A DNA stretch of 64,000 nucleotides from Neodothiora populina (taxonomy: Eukaryota). The stretch lies in contig NW_027191413.1 in the NCBI RefSeq assembly GCF_041146345.1, positions 1,922,001 to 1,986,000 on the forward strand. The letters run 5' to 3'. The position numbers and the translations under genes were made by a program. The notes beneath the pieces are model-generated. The model did not search any database, was not told where the DNA came from, and worked only from the letters and a program-made list of their open reading frames with translations. Numbering within the stretch: position 1 is the stretch's first letter; every line of letters starts with the position of its first letter. Shown piece after piece: positions 50,560 to 61,793 of the stretch.

Positions 50560-51700
50560 AGCGAAAGGCGAGCAATCGCCTCATTTAACGACAAAGAAGC
50601 AACACGCCCACACACAGCATACCAAAAACGGTCTCGAGAGCTTCTAGCCAGGAGAAAGGGAGAGGCCAAAAGCAATGGTTATGAGCCACGCCGTCACTCA
50701 ACTCACATTTATCAAAAGCAGGCGATGCAGACGTCTGGAATGTGACTCCTCTCCCTCTTCCTCTGCGCTGGAAATACAACTCGGCCGTTGCTGTGTGTCC
50801 GTTGCTTCTCATTTGCATTTTTTTCCTTCGTCCTTTTCTTGCGTCTCTTTTTTTATTTTTACATCGCGAGCATCGCTATACCAAGCATAAACACTAGCAT
50901 TCACCGGAGCGTGACCATCAAGCTGTGGCCAGGTCCATTTAATCAACAACACAGAAAGAGGAGGAAGAAACGAGAGGATAAGGATGCGATACAATTATCC
51001 CCCCCAAAGCGACACTATGAAACAAACATGGATGGTAAGGAAACAGGAGTTCTGAACAACATCTATTCTATCTGGCTGGCCAAGAATCAAGAAGTGGCGT
51101 GCGGGGCAATCTAAGGGGAGGAAAACGAAACCGAGAAAGGTGGAAGGAGTGGTGGTGGCGAGAGAGATCCGAGGGTGAAATCGAGCAGGCTATGCCGTCG
51201 AGGCTAAGAAGTGGTGGATCGCACCGGGTACCGAGGTGTGGAATATCGCTGTCAATCGAGAAGCTGTACTCAAGGGTGGAAGGAACGAACGAGGACATGG
51301 AACGGAGGCTGATGGGATAGAGCAAGAGGAGGAATCGCCCTTTCGATATCGATGGCTATGAAAGGGAAGGAGGGGCGGTGACAGGGGGGCACGGAAACGG
51401 CGTAGGGCGGGCAAGAAATCAACGAACAAGTGATACCATGCGCTGGGGGATACGGGACCTTTACTCTCTGTAGCTAGGTAGATTCTTCTCATACTTTCTG
51501 AGATAACACGAAATGACAACTTTGCCAACAACAAAACACAAAGATGAAGTGAACCGAGCCAGCTCGACCGCCCTCTACTCAATTTTACATCGCCTCCACT
51601 GTGTCGCGGTAGATTAGTAGTAAGAAACACACTTAGGCACAATTTACAAGTGTGTGAATGCTGATGATTGATTTTCAGCCGCAAGTTGCTGTACTACATT
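50560..51700 (-). ncRNA. Candidate long structured ncRNA (possible telomerase RNA); boundaries approximate
   Basis: Nested helices across 50595-50809 with a P5/P6/P6.1-like junction; more long-range stems upstream; several pairings need G-U wobble on the minus strand; no canonical CCCUAA template. Confidence 0.45.
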
Positions 51701-52056
51701 CATAGCTTCGAAGCATCAAGAGCTGTCTGTACATTACGAGACGATGGTGTTTTGATGCTCCCCACCTCATATAAGCTAGCCTCGGATGACATTCCGTCGC
51801 TCTGCGCTTATAGATTGCAGCACAATCTGGTCAGAGACCTTCCTTGTCCATCTTTTCCAGCGCTTCTCTCGCAGTTTTTTGTGATGCTAGATTCAATTTT
51901 GAAAACTTTATTGCAGCACCCGCAGGATAATATGCGGCTTTTGGTGGAGTTCCTGATACTCAAATGCGTGATACCTTTTGTGTAGCATGATCTGGTGCAC
52001 GAAGTAGGGAACCAGTCGATCATAGCGAGCGTCATTACGCCTCAACAGTTCTAAGT

Positions 52057-53919
52057 TCATATTGCCATGTCGATTGGAGGGTCAAGAGGATCAACTTCAT
52101 ATCCAGTGGGACGAGTGAAAACAGCGAGATTGGCGCTCTTGCCAATTTTGAAGCCGACCTTCTTGTGATCACCAGTCTGCTCGAAGCCCATGGACTCTAG
52201 CCACTTTGAAGCCCACTCTTTATCGTTCTCTTCCGGCACATAGGCGAAGTTTATCCAAAGGCATGAAAGCAGGCGTGAAGCCGGCTTTGCCAATTCCAGA
52301 CTGCGACATTCATAGCCACGGCGCGGGATAAAATATGGGTCCAAGATTGACAAGAGGTCGTCCATGAGACAGGTCGCGACTCCCTTCCTTGTGTGTTGAG
52401 GATCGGTATATACTTCCACTTCGGCAACAAAGCGATACATGCCTAGAGGATCATTGAAGTCGTCGGAATAGGCGAAACCTATGACAGTATCGCCACTGCT
52501 AGTCTTACGGCCTCTGTTGACGTTTCTACTGCCTTTATTGACTCTGTTGGACGTTCCACTAGGAAGGCATGCAACCTTAAATGTGTGGGAGACACTTTCT
52601 ATTGCACGCAGGCGATCGTGCATATGATTAGGGAGAATCGAGGAGCATTCGGGCACGCGTAATGTATTGGTTGCATAGTGATTGTATATGCGGGTGACTG
52701 CTGGCAAGTCACTGATTTGTGCCGGACGTATGTAAAATCGGATCTTTGGATGAATGGATGGATCATAGACATCTTCGTATACAACGATTTCTTGCTGAGT
52801 TGTGATGGGGATATCTTCGACAAGATCGACCTTAGGAGTGCTGCGTGGAGGAGCAGACAACATCAATTCGCGAGGGCCCCTTGCTTGTCTGCCTTTAGGT
52901 GGTCGGATACCACGCTGCCAACGTTTGACAGCGCCCTCACTGCCATTGTCGGCCGCTCTTTTGTTGCGCTGCTCGTCGTCCTCATCTTCTGGGCAGAAAC
53001 CTTCGTGATCTGGTTGTTGGAGAAGATACTGGAAACATGCCATTGGTGAAGGGCATAGCTCCCACCATGGCTGCATCCCTTTCAGGTCATTCTCGTCATA
53101 TGGCGGAGGTTGCATAGCTAGATAGGCGTTCCAAAATTGGCCTAGAGACGTGTAACCTTCTGCAGGTTCAGGCCGCCAGTAAAGCGGAACGATTGCACCC
53201 ATTGATGCTTCTCCCGCGGCAGAGCAGAAGTGATAACGAGTTGTGCGGCCACTTTCGCCGAGCCTTCTTTGTTCTTCGATAATTTGATAAAAGTTTGTAT
53301 AGCGAGCATATTTGGTGATCCATTCTAGAGGATTTGAAGGAGCTGCAGTAGCATCCAGCCAGGCCTGTATAGCCTCTGAAGACTGGTGATCTCGGAAAGC
53401 AGGTCGAGCATCCCAGTTCTCAGGGGCTGGCGCCCACGTGCCATCATAATTGTAGATTGAGTAGCCTTCATCTTTGGCAGCATTCGAGTTAGAAGCCTCT
53501 TCCCATCCACTTAGAGTACCAGCAGCCGCGGCGTCTTTCATCTGCTGTTCCATCCAACGACCGCTTTTCAAGTCGGAGTCTTTAATCCACTTGTCACTCT
53601 TGCGATACGGGAGTGGGGTTGCAGTAGGAAACCCCTTTTCCGAAGCACTTGGCGCACTTTCACTTTGCTGGACTGCGTTGGACAAGACTGACGGTCTCTT
53701 ACTGGAAGAAGGGACGACCGCTTCTTTCGCCGGCGTCATTGTATCAGAACTCGCCGAACGTTCTTCGGAGAGATGGGGATGAGGCTTTGTGGCTAGACAT
53801 GGGAGCGTAGGAGGCTTTTCCTGCGCGAGCGAATTCTTGCCAGGAATGGCAGTTGCGCCTGACTGGGGTTGTGGCACAGCGCCAACACGCCGATGAGGCG
53901 GAACAAAGTTATTTGACAT
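52057..53919 (-). CDS. Protein with C-terminal GNAT acetyltransferase domain
   Basis: 620-aa ORF; IRPAQISDLPAVTRIYNHY, VIGFAY, VYTDPQHTRKGVA (acetyl-CoA motif A), LESMGFEQ. Confidence 0.85.
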   Translation of the reverse strand: MSNNFVPPHRRVGAVPQPQSGATAIPGKNSLAQEKPPTLPCLATKPHPHLSEERSASSDTMTPAKEAVVPSSSKRPSVLSNAVQQSESAPSASEKGFPTATPLPYRKSDKWIKDSDLKSGRWMEQQMKDAAAAGTLSGWEEASNSNAAKDEGYSIYNYDGTWAPAPENWDARPAFRDHQSSEAIQAWLDATAAPSNPLEWITKYARYTNFYQIIEEQRRLGESGRTTRYHFCSAAGEASMGAIVPLYWRPEPAEGYTSLGQFWNAYLAMQPPPYDENDLKGMQPWWELCPSPMACFQYLLQQPDHEGFCPEDEDDEQRNKRAADNGSEGAVKRWQRGIRPPKGRQARGPRELMLSAPPRSTPKVDLVEDIPITTQQEIVVYEDVYDPSIHPKIRFYIRPAQISDLPAVTRIYNHYATNTLRVPECSSILPNHMHDRLRAIESVSHTFKVACLPSGTSNRVNKGSRNVNRGRKTSSGDTVIGFAYSDDFNDPLGMYRFVAEVEVYTDPQHTRKGVATCLMDDLLSILDPYFIPRRGYECRSLELAKPASRLLSCLWINFAYVPEENDKEWASKWLESMGFEQTGDHKKVGFKIGKSANLAVFTRPTGYEVDPLDPPIDMAI

Positions 53920-55561
53920 TGCAAAGTGCTCCGCGAACTAACAAGCAATCTTCAAGTGTTATAGAAGAGAAGGTCTGTTAGTTAAGATGAGCCCAAGGAA
54001 GCTGACAAATTGTATCAGTGCTCGCGCATTACAGAGTTTAAAAGATCCTAGAGAAGGAAAGGAAGGAAAGGAATGTCATGAACCCAAGCGCCTTCTAGAT
54101 GTGTGGTGTAAGGAGGAGAGCAGCTGAGTGGCCAAGTGAACGAGCGATGTCATCGACCTACCTTGTTTGATGCAGCACTTGACGGGTACTGCCGAGTGTG
54201 ATCGAAGTTTAAGGAAAGAGCACAAATTGAAGTGAGCTACCTCAAGGTACAGGTCAGGTAAGGTAGTTGAGATAGCTGAGTGGGCTGTATAAGGTAGGCA
54301 CAGACCACAGGATCGTATTACTTCGACTTGCTTTCGCGGCCAATTGAAGAACTGCTTCTCTCACTCGACAGTGATTCAAGTCGCAGAGATGCTCTTACTT
54401 TGGCATAAAGAGAGAGTAAAGGATAAGGAGATGCGAATACTTATGCTGTGTAGTGAATGCGGACGACTGCATATGCAAGCTTTACTTGCTTATGTCTCAA
54501 AGTGGTGGGCTTAACAACAGCAGTAAGACGTTCATAGTGAAGAGTGCCCATTATGGGCGAGGACAGCCACAGTGTTGTCGATTCCACTGGGAGAGAGCAC
54601 ATGGATGATTGCTGACAAGAGCTCGCGGGCTCGCTGCTGCAGCAGGTTATGTACAGACATGCAATCCCAACTTTTACACTCCGGGATAAGGTCCGGCCAG
54701 TGCTAACGCACACATCGAGCGACTGACTGGGGCGAGTCTGTCATTGTAGCGGTCGGGAAGAAAAGTGATGTCCCCGGGCTGCATAAAGGTGGCGGAGATC
54801 CGCAAGGTTCGACGTTCCCTCGGCAGCATCTGCATGTTTACAATCTTGACACACTGAAACAGACCTCACGACTCGACGAAATCAAAGCACACACATGGAC
54901 TATCATGACATGCACTGTAATGACCGGTCACAATCTTCAAGAAGGCCTTCAATGGGTAGTACCAGACGCCAAAGATAGGCTGTTCTTATATTAAAAGATG
55001 GTCGAGCACCTTTACAATCCGAGGCCAAACAGTGCATTTTGCCGCCAAGCACACACCTTGAAGCCTACAACAGAGCCCTGAAGTTCAATTGCGTTGATTG
55101 TTGCAAGGCATCGTCAGGGAAGCGCAAGCGTCAGGGAGCAGATTACTGAGAGAGTGGAGAAAGAGGATGCATAGGCAAGATAAAGTACCATAGATGTATG
55201 CAAGTGAGGCAAGGTCACTAACTGTGTAAGGTTGGTAGGGCAGCTATCCCAGGCACAAAGATGGTCGAGGAGTCTCGGTGAGAAGTGTGATTGGCTACAC
55301 ACGGGTCGCGGCCGTGTGGAGCGGGCGTTGCAATGGGGGCTGCCGTAATGTCAACACTGGCATGCCACTTTTTGTTTAGGAGGTTGTTATCCTCAATCAT
55401 TCAAATAGACGCTCTCTCTTTTTGGCATAGAGGAAACGGCGGGCAGACTTATTGTTATCGTCCTTGTAATCATCCACACTCGCTCAAAATCAAAATCATA
55501 TATACGATAAGGTCTTTATCCAACCCGAGTCCCTTGCCAAGGTCCCTCCTCACATCACCGC

Positions 55562-58500
55562 ATGGGAACGACAACAATGGAATCGGATCTCGACCCAAAT
55601 GCCTTCCTACAGAGCGTGCGTGAGCTCAAGGAAAAGCGTCAGAAGGAGGATCAGGAGCGTAATGAACAACTAGAGGCACAGATCATGCAGGATCGCGAAT
55701 TGAGACAGGCTAGGAAACTGGGTAAGTCAAGCAGTACTCAGCTGTGATATGATAATAAACAACAACAACACTACGTGACATGGTGTGCTAAAGACGCGCA
55801 CGACAGAACGAGAGCGATCCTTATCTCCAGAGAAGACGACACCTCAGTCATCGCGCTATGGCACAAGGGAAGCTACACCAGTGACCGCTTCTCCAATCTC
55901 AGGCCCCGCACCTGCATCGCCGGCTGCTAAACCATCATCGCGCAACACTGCTTCAACCACGATGCCTTCCGAGGGACGCGAATCGCGGTCCATTCTTGAC
56001 CGTCCATCAAGTCCCTCAAAAGCCTCCACTGGGCTGTCGCGTTCTGGCACAATGTCATGGCAAAAGCGTCCTGGATCCATCAGTGTGCGCAACAGGCCGC
56101 TATCTGCTGTTGCCTCTGAGAACAACGCTGCTCGTTCACCCCAAAGATCCCCTGAGCGAGCGGTCGAGACAGAGGAGGACAAGTCAGAAGTCGCACCCTC
56201 CAAGGACGAGATAGCCAAGTCTCTAGGGTCCAAAGATCCAACATGGTTCAGGCAGACTCCCGATCGAGGTCTTAGCTCCCCTGCATATCGATCGAGCAAG
56301 GAAGAGCCAACAAAAGACTCCTTCTTAGTCAAGAAACAATTACCGGGAATGACGCGCGACAAAGAAGAGGATACGACGTCCGCCAGTCGCAGTAGTCCTC
56401 CTCCGGAGCCTGCGCAGCCATCTTCGCCATCGAGAATCACTTCTGTTCGCGAGGGCACTGTGGCCAACAGCCGACCTACGAGCATGGCATCAATTTCAGA
56501 GCAACATAAATCTGACACGAAGTCTCCCTTGCCAACACTCGACTCCAGCAGATTTGTCCCGCCTGGTCGCGATCGGTCTTCGACGGCTGACGGAGAACCA
56601 CCCGTTATCGGCCGGACCATGTCTAATGCCCAGACGCGAATTGCCGCAGACCGGCCTGTATCTCCCACCAAAGGTATGGGAGGCTTCGTGCAAAGTGCGT
56701 TCATGAAGCGAACAGACAGTGTCAACAAGAGATGGAGTGCGACTCCTGGATCCGCCCTGAACCGTCAAGACTCCACAGCCAGCATTCCCGGCCGCTTCGG
56801 TAGTGTTAGAGACAATGCCATGACTGCTTCACGCAGCATGCCAAGTTTCGATCAACCTCAACCCGGCGCTGAGTCGCAATCGAGACCAGGTTCTAGCCAT
56901 AGACCGGGATCAGGTTATCGACCCGGTTCATCCCATAGCACGATCAGTAATCTTGCTCTGGCTCCTGATGCTCCACCAGCTGAAGCCCCAGCACCAACAC
57001 ACTCTCACTCTCGCTCGAGGTCAGTCGCCTCAATAAGTACCGCCGCCGAGGGCATGACCTCGCCCCCTCTCAGCCCATCCAAGAGATGGAGTCGCAGTCC
57101 CACGAAATCGAGCTGGCTTGAAAGCGCATTAGCCCGTCCTGAGTCGCCGAAGCCCTCGCTGCAGTCCAATCAGCCCAGCTGGATGGCTGAACTCAGCAAA
57201 GCCAAGCAGCAGAAGAGTACTGCGGACTCTACACCATCTCAGGATAATATTGATGCTACTGGTTCCGACACCTCGAAGTCGACTTTGCAATCCAACAAAC
57301 CCAGCTGGATGGCCAATATCAGCAAGGCTAAACAGCAAAGGAGCAGCGGCGAGCATACTCTATCGCAAGACACTCTTGACGCTGCCGAGGCTCAATCTCG
57401 ACCAAAGACGACTGATGAACCGCTGAAGCCACTGCCATTGTCGAAAAAGGACTTTTCGAAGGGATTGGACTCCAAGGGACCTGACTCACGTACGACTCCT
57501 ACCAGAAATTTCACTCCGCCAACAAAAGCTAAGCCAGCTGGCCTGGCAGGGAGACCTACTTCTCTAGAAGTCAAGGCCGAGGCGAAAGAGACCTCAGATG
57601 ATGGCGCATCTAAAAGTACTTCCAATCCGGACAAGAACGCACCTAGTGCTGATGCTACAAAAGAGGCTGTAGTGACAGAGCCCGTGAAGCCGAAGCCCCT
57701 TGCTTCGCCATTTGCATCTCCAGATCCAGGGACTTCGGACTCCTTCAAGCCGGGACCTTTGGCTCCTTCAAAGCCTTCATCTTCATCGCCACAAACACAG
57801 ACAGAGCCATTTCAAAAGAAAGACTTCCGTGCTGGCCTAAGATCTCGAACTGATCTAGGCAATGCCTCTACCAAGGACGAGCCTGAGTTCCGGGCGGTGT
57901 TCGGCAAGTTGAAGAAAGCGCATACTGATAAATATGTCGCACCCGACGAACTGAAAGATAACATCCTTCGTGGAAAAGCCGGCCTCAACCTCAGCGATGG
58001 ACCCCAGAAGAGAGAACGCAAAGATGAACTTAGAGATAGTCTCATCAAGAAGAAGGAAGAGATCAAGCTTAAGCGTGACAGTGATCCTCCTGTCCCCAAG
58101 GTCTCACCAGCGCCGCCTACGGCTTTACCGGAAGCTCTTACGATTAGGAAGAAACTCGGCAGATCGGACAGCACGCTCAATGTTGTGCCGCCAGAGAAGC
58201 AACGTCGTGATGTTACCCCCGAAGCTCTTTCTCTGCACAAGACTTTGCGAAACAAGAATCGCGCCCCGTCACCGGAGAAGGTCGACAAGACATTGCCCGA
58301 GAAGACCTTACCCGAGAAGAAGTCACTCGCCGCGTCGAAACGTGTATCGCCATCCAAGGACCTGCTTTCCAAGGCAAAGACTCCGGATGGTGCTTCGCAG
58401 AAACCTGTCGAGAAGGATGCACCCGTCACATTCACAATTGTCTCACCAACCAAAGATTCGCTCTCAACAGCGAAGACCGCGGTAGAGCCTCCAGACGAAC

Positions 58501-61389
58501 CTGCTGAAAAGCAGCCCGAAAAGCCTACGCCAAATACAATCGACGAAGTCAAGAACAAGCCTAATGGCAAACTTGTTGAAAAACCATGGCTAAAGTCGAC
58601 TGAAAAGCCCGCACCACAAGCTGTCGAGAAGCCGTGGCTAAAGCCGACCGAAAGACCTGCACCAAAAGCTGCTGAGAAGCCATGGCTGAAATCGACCGAG
58701 AAGCCTGCATTACAAGCTGACGAGAAGCCGCTCAAAGATGAGGTCGAGAAGCCCACAGCAATGCCATCTCTGAAGCCAACTTCATCGCCTGAGAAATCAG
58801 AGCCCAAAGCTGCCCCCTTGGCAAATAAATTTGCTGACCGGTTCAATCCTGCACTCGCCGGGCTCCTGGCTCGAGGACTTCCATCCATCAAGCCAGCGAA
58901 CTCGAACGGCCCACTTAGCAGTAGCACTCCTGCAAGAAATGCTGCTGCCACATCAGATGAGCCCGCTTCTGATGTTCAATTGACTCACATGACAAAGAAC
59001 CGTGCCAAAGGACCGAAACGACGCAAGCCCAACGCAAAGGCCGCCGACTCGAGTGACAAAGCAGCACCAACAATGTCCCAGGAGCAAGCTAGCAAGGTTA
59101 TTGAGCCTGCGAAGAGACAGTCACAGACAGCGGCCCCGTTGCAGCCTCCTCCTAAGTCCGCAGCGGTCCGAACTGCTTCACTACGTCTTTCTTCGGGTCA
59201 ATTCACAAAGGCAGAAAGTCCAACAACACCTGACAGTACCAAGTCACTCAAGTCGGTTGCAATAACAGCTAGTCTCGAGCCTTCTACTGCAACGTCGAGC
59301 CCCAAGACCCCCCCGAAGTCCAGCCTTCCTCCAAGCACGCCTAGTAAATCAGCTAGTCTTGTGCGGTCGGAAAAGCCGGAGCTACTGAAAGTATCTGGGA
59401 GCAAGTCTCCTTCAGTGAACACTGTCGAGCGACAAGCGAAGTTGACAGTGTCCAAGGAAGCAGAATCTGACGATGCCAACAAGGAGAATCGTGCGACTTC
59501 CGTCAAGAGCGCTGCCTCCATGTGGGGAAAACAAGCGGAGCGTGTTGCGTCGCGTAGCTCTCCGATCCAATTGCCAACAAAGAAAGATGAGGAAGCCGCC
59601 ATGAAATCTGCCGGCCTTTTGTCAAACTCTCCGCTTAGGTACAGCAATTCTCCCCCTCTTGGACTCGGTATATCCAAGCGTGAAGATGGTGGGGCTCGTT
59701 CTCCTTCATCGGGAGCCCCCCCTCCACCACCTAAGAGCTCTAGAGTCGTCAGTGCGAGCCTCTCAAGTAAAGGTAAGTCTTTTTTTTTCTTATATGTATA
59801 GCCACTGTGGGTTATCTTCTAGTACTCCCGTCCTTTTGCGTCCTCAGCTTCAGTGCCATGTCTGATTGCTTTTGCGTAGTTTGAAAATGTTGTGCTGCGG
59901 TTCGACTTGACTACACGGGAAGCTGACGTCTGCGATAATGCTAGACTTGCCCAGCCTCCCTGATCCTCGAGTGACACAAACCGGACGCTGTTTGATGGAT
60001 CATTTCGGTGACATTCCTTTCTCCGATGAGCGTTTGCGACTTGACACTCAGGCGATCTTAAAGGCCAGACCCGGAGAGACGGGCGAGATTAAGACTCTTC
60101 GAAAAACCATCCAGGAAATCACGGGAGACGGGAAGCTGACATCTCTTCCTGCACAAGAAGAGCACATCTTGTACGAGGATGCGATGTATGTTTGTACGCA
60201 CGTCTTCGGGACTGCGGAGGGTACGAAGGTAACTGAGGTGTACCTTTGGGCCGGCAATGGCGTTTCAGAGTCTGCCATTCAGGATGCTCAGATTTTTGCC
60301 AAACGGATTGCGAAGGAAGCCGGAGCTGGTCAGAGGTATGTTGAAGCTCAAGAGACAATCTCACATTAGTTCACATGCTGACATATCCTACATAGATCCA
60401 CCCAGCTACTAATCATCGATCAAAACCGTGAACCACCAGCTTTTTTCCAGGCCTTAGGTGGCATCGTGATCGTACGTCGTGGCTCTCGTGCCGATCGAAC
60501 CTCCAATCCCTTCATGTTGTGTGGTCGACCATACATGGGCCATGTCGCTTTCGACGAGGTGGAGCTAAGCAAAGCATCATTATGTTCTGACTTCCCGTAC
60601 ATCGTCGCGCGTCCCATCACTCTTCAAGATTTAAAGTTGTATCTGTGGAAGGGCAACGCATGTGGTCCTCAGGCTATCGGCAGCGCTCGCTTGATAGGGA
60701 TGGATCTCAGTCCCTCGGGAGAGATCATTGAAGTCGAAGAGGGCAAAGAACCTCAAGACCTATTGTTACTGATGAGTGATCTCAGAAGCGATGTCTGTCG
60801 ATCGCCGGAGCTTTGGAACAGGACCATGAATCGCTGGGATCACTCATCTGCAAGATTGTTCCGAGTTTCAGCGGCGTCACCCAAGCTTGGCGCTGGATTG
60901 TTCAGCTCCTTCCTATCACGGCGTCCTTCGTGGACTGGTAATAAAACCACACCGCCTGAAAGGCCAGCAAGTGGTTCATCTACCGGGCAAGAGGTGGATA
61001 TCACCGTGAAGGAAATTAGTCCCTTTACTCAGACCGACCTGGAGCCCGAGGGGTGTTTTGTCATGGACTGTGGTCCTTCCTTGTTGGTCCTACCTGGTCC
61101 CCTGCTTGCAAAACAACAACATCATCAGCATGCTTTCACTCAAGCTTTGCTGTTCGCACATGACTATGGCATCCTGGCTGCATCAATGGAGGATCGGCCA
61201 GCTATACCATTAGCTAGTGTCGTCTTCTCTGGCCTCCCTCGTGAAGCTGAACTTCGATTCCGCCGCTATGACAAGTCAAGGGGTGTATGGGGCACCGAAG
61301 GCATGATGGCGGGAAGGAGAATGGATGGCTTCGAAGGGCTCAACGCATTGGACATCAAGGAAGTTCTGGATATGTGCTGCAAGAGGTGA
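55562..61389 (+). CDS. Large P/S-rich protein with C-terminal gelsolin/villin-like repeats (DUF4045-like N-terminus)
   Basis: Exons 55562-55721, 55807-59772, 59945-60335, 60396-61389; SPTKGMGGFVQSA, LTHMTKNRAKGPKRR, VYLWAG, EPPAFFQALGG, LYLWKG; start could be 55577. Confidence 0.88.
57159..57383 (+). repeat. Intragenic 126-nt (42-aa) duplication
   Basis: LQSNQPSWMAELSKAKQQ..SQDNIDA and LQSNKPSWMANISKAKQQ..SQDTLDA, starting at 57159 and 57285. Confidence 0.85.
58578..58730 (+). repeat. Intragenic 48-nt (16-aa) tandem repeat x3
   Basis: EKPWLK(S/P)TE(K/R)PA units starting at 58578, 58626 and 58674. Confidence 0.9.
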
Positions 61390-61793
61390 CCATTGCCAAG
61401 AGCACGTCAGGTTAGTTTCCACATTGTCAATCATGAGGCACGACGACTTCATTGACGAAAACAATCATCATTCTTGTATATATTCTTGTATTAGTATCAC
61501 GGTCGGCGGTAAACCAGTATACATTCGGATTTTTGACTTATTGTCTCTCGGCAGGCGAAGTGTTCGTTTGCGATAACGTCGCTTCTGTCGTGCCTGCCTC
61601 ATCCGGAGTGACACAACTTGCTTGGACCCACTTGCACACTACACAATACCCAGACATTGCCTTGCCTTGCCTTGACTTGTCTCGTTCAGAGCACTCCATC
61701 GTGTCATAGCTGTGGCAACCTGGGCTGTCCTTCAGCGGAGCAGGCCAAATACCTTATTATTCGGCAAACATCAATTCATACCAATAACTCATA

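Noticed and set aside
51068..51298. Small minus-strand ORF MSSFVPSTLEY... as a protein gene
   Set aside because: No recognisable motif; its composition follows from the C/T-rich strand; not fully excluded without ribosome profiling
50857..51593. 11-nt direct repeat TTTTACATCGC at 50857 and 51583
   Set aside because: A single match of this length is plausible by chance in 1.7 kb
54806..54812. tRNA T-loop-like GGTTCGA (also ~11451 and ~59899)
   Set aside because: No T-stem, acceptor stem or cloverleaf around any of them
55856..59677. Long minus-strand ORFs (290, 379 and 159 aa)
   Set aside because: Antisense shadows of the P/S/K-rich gelsolin-like gene; no independent motifs
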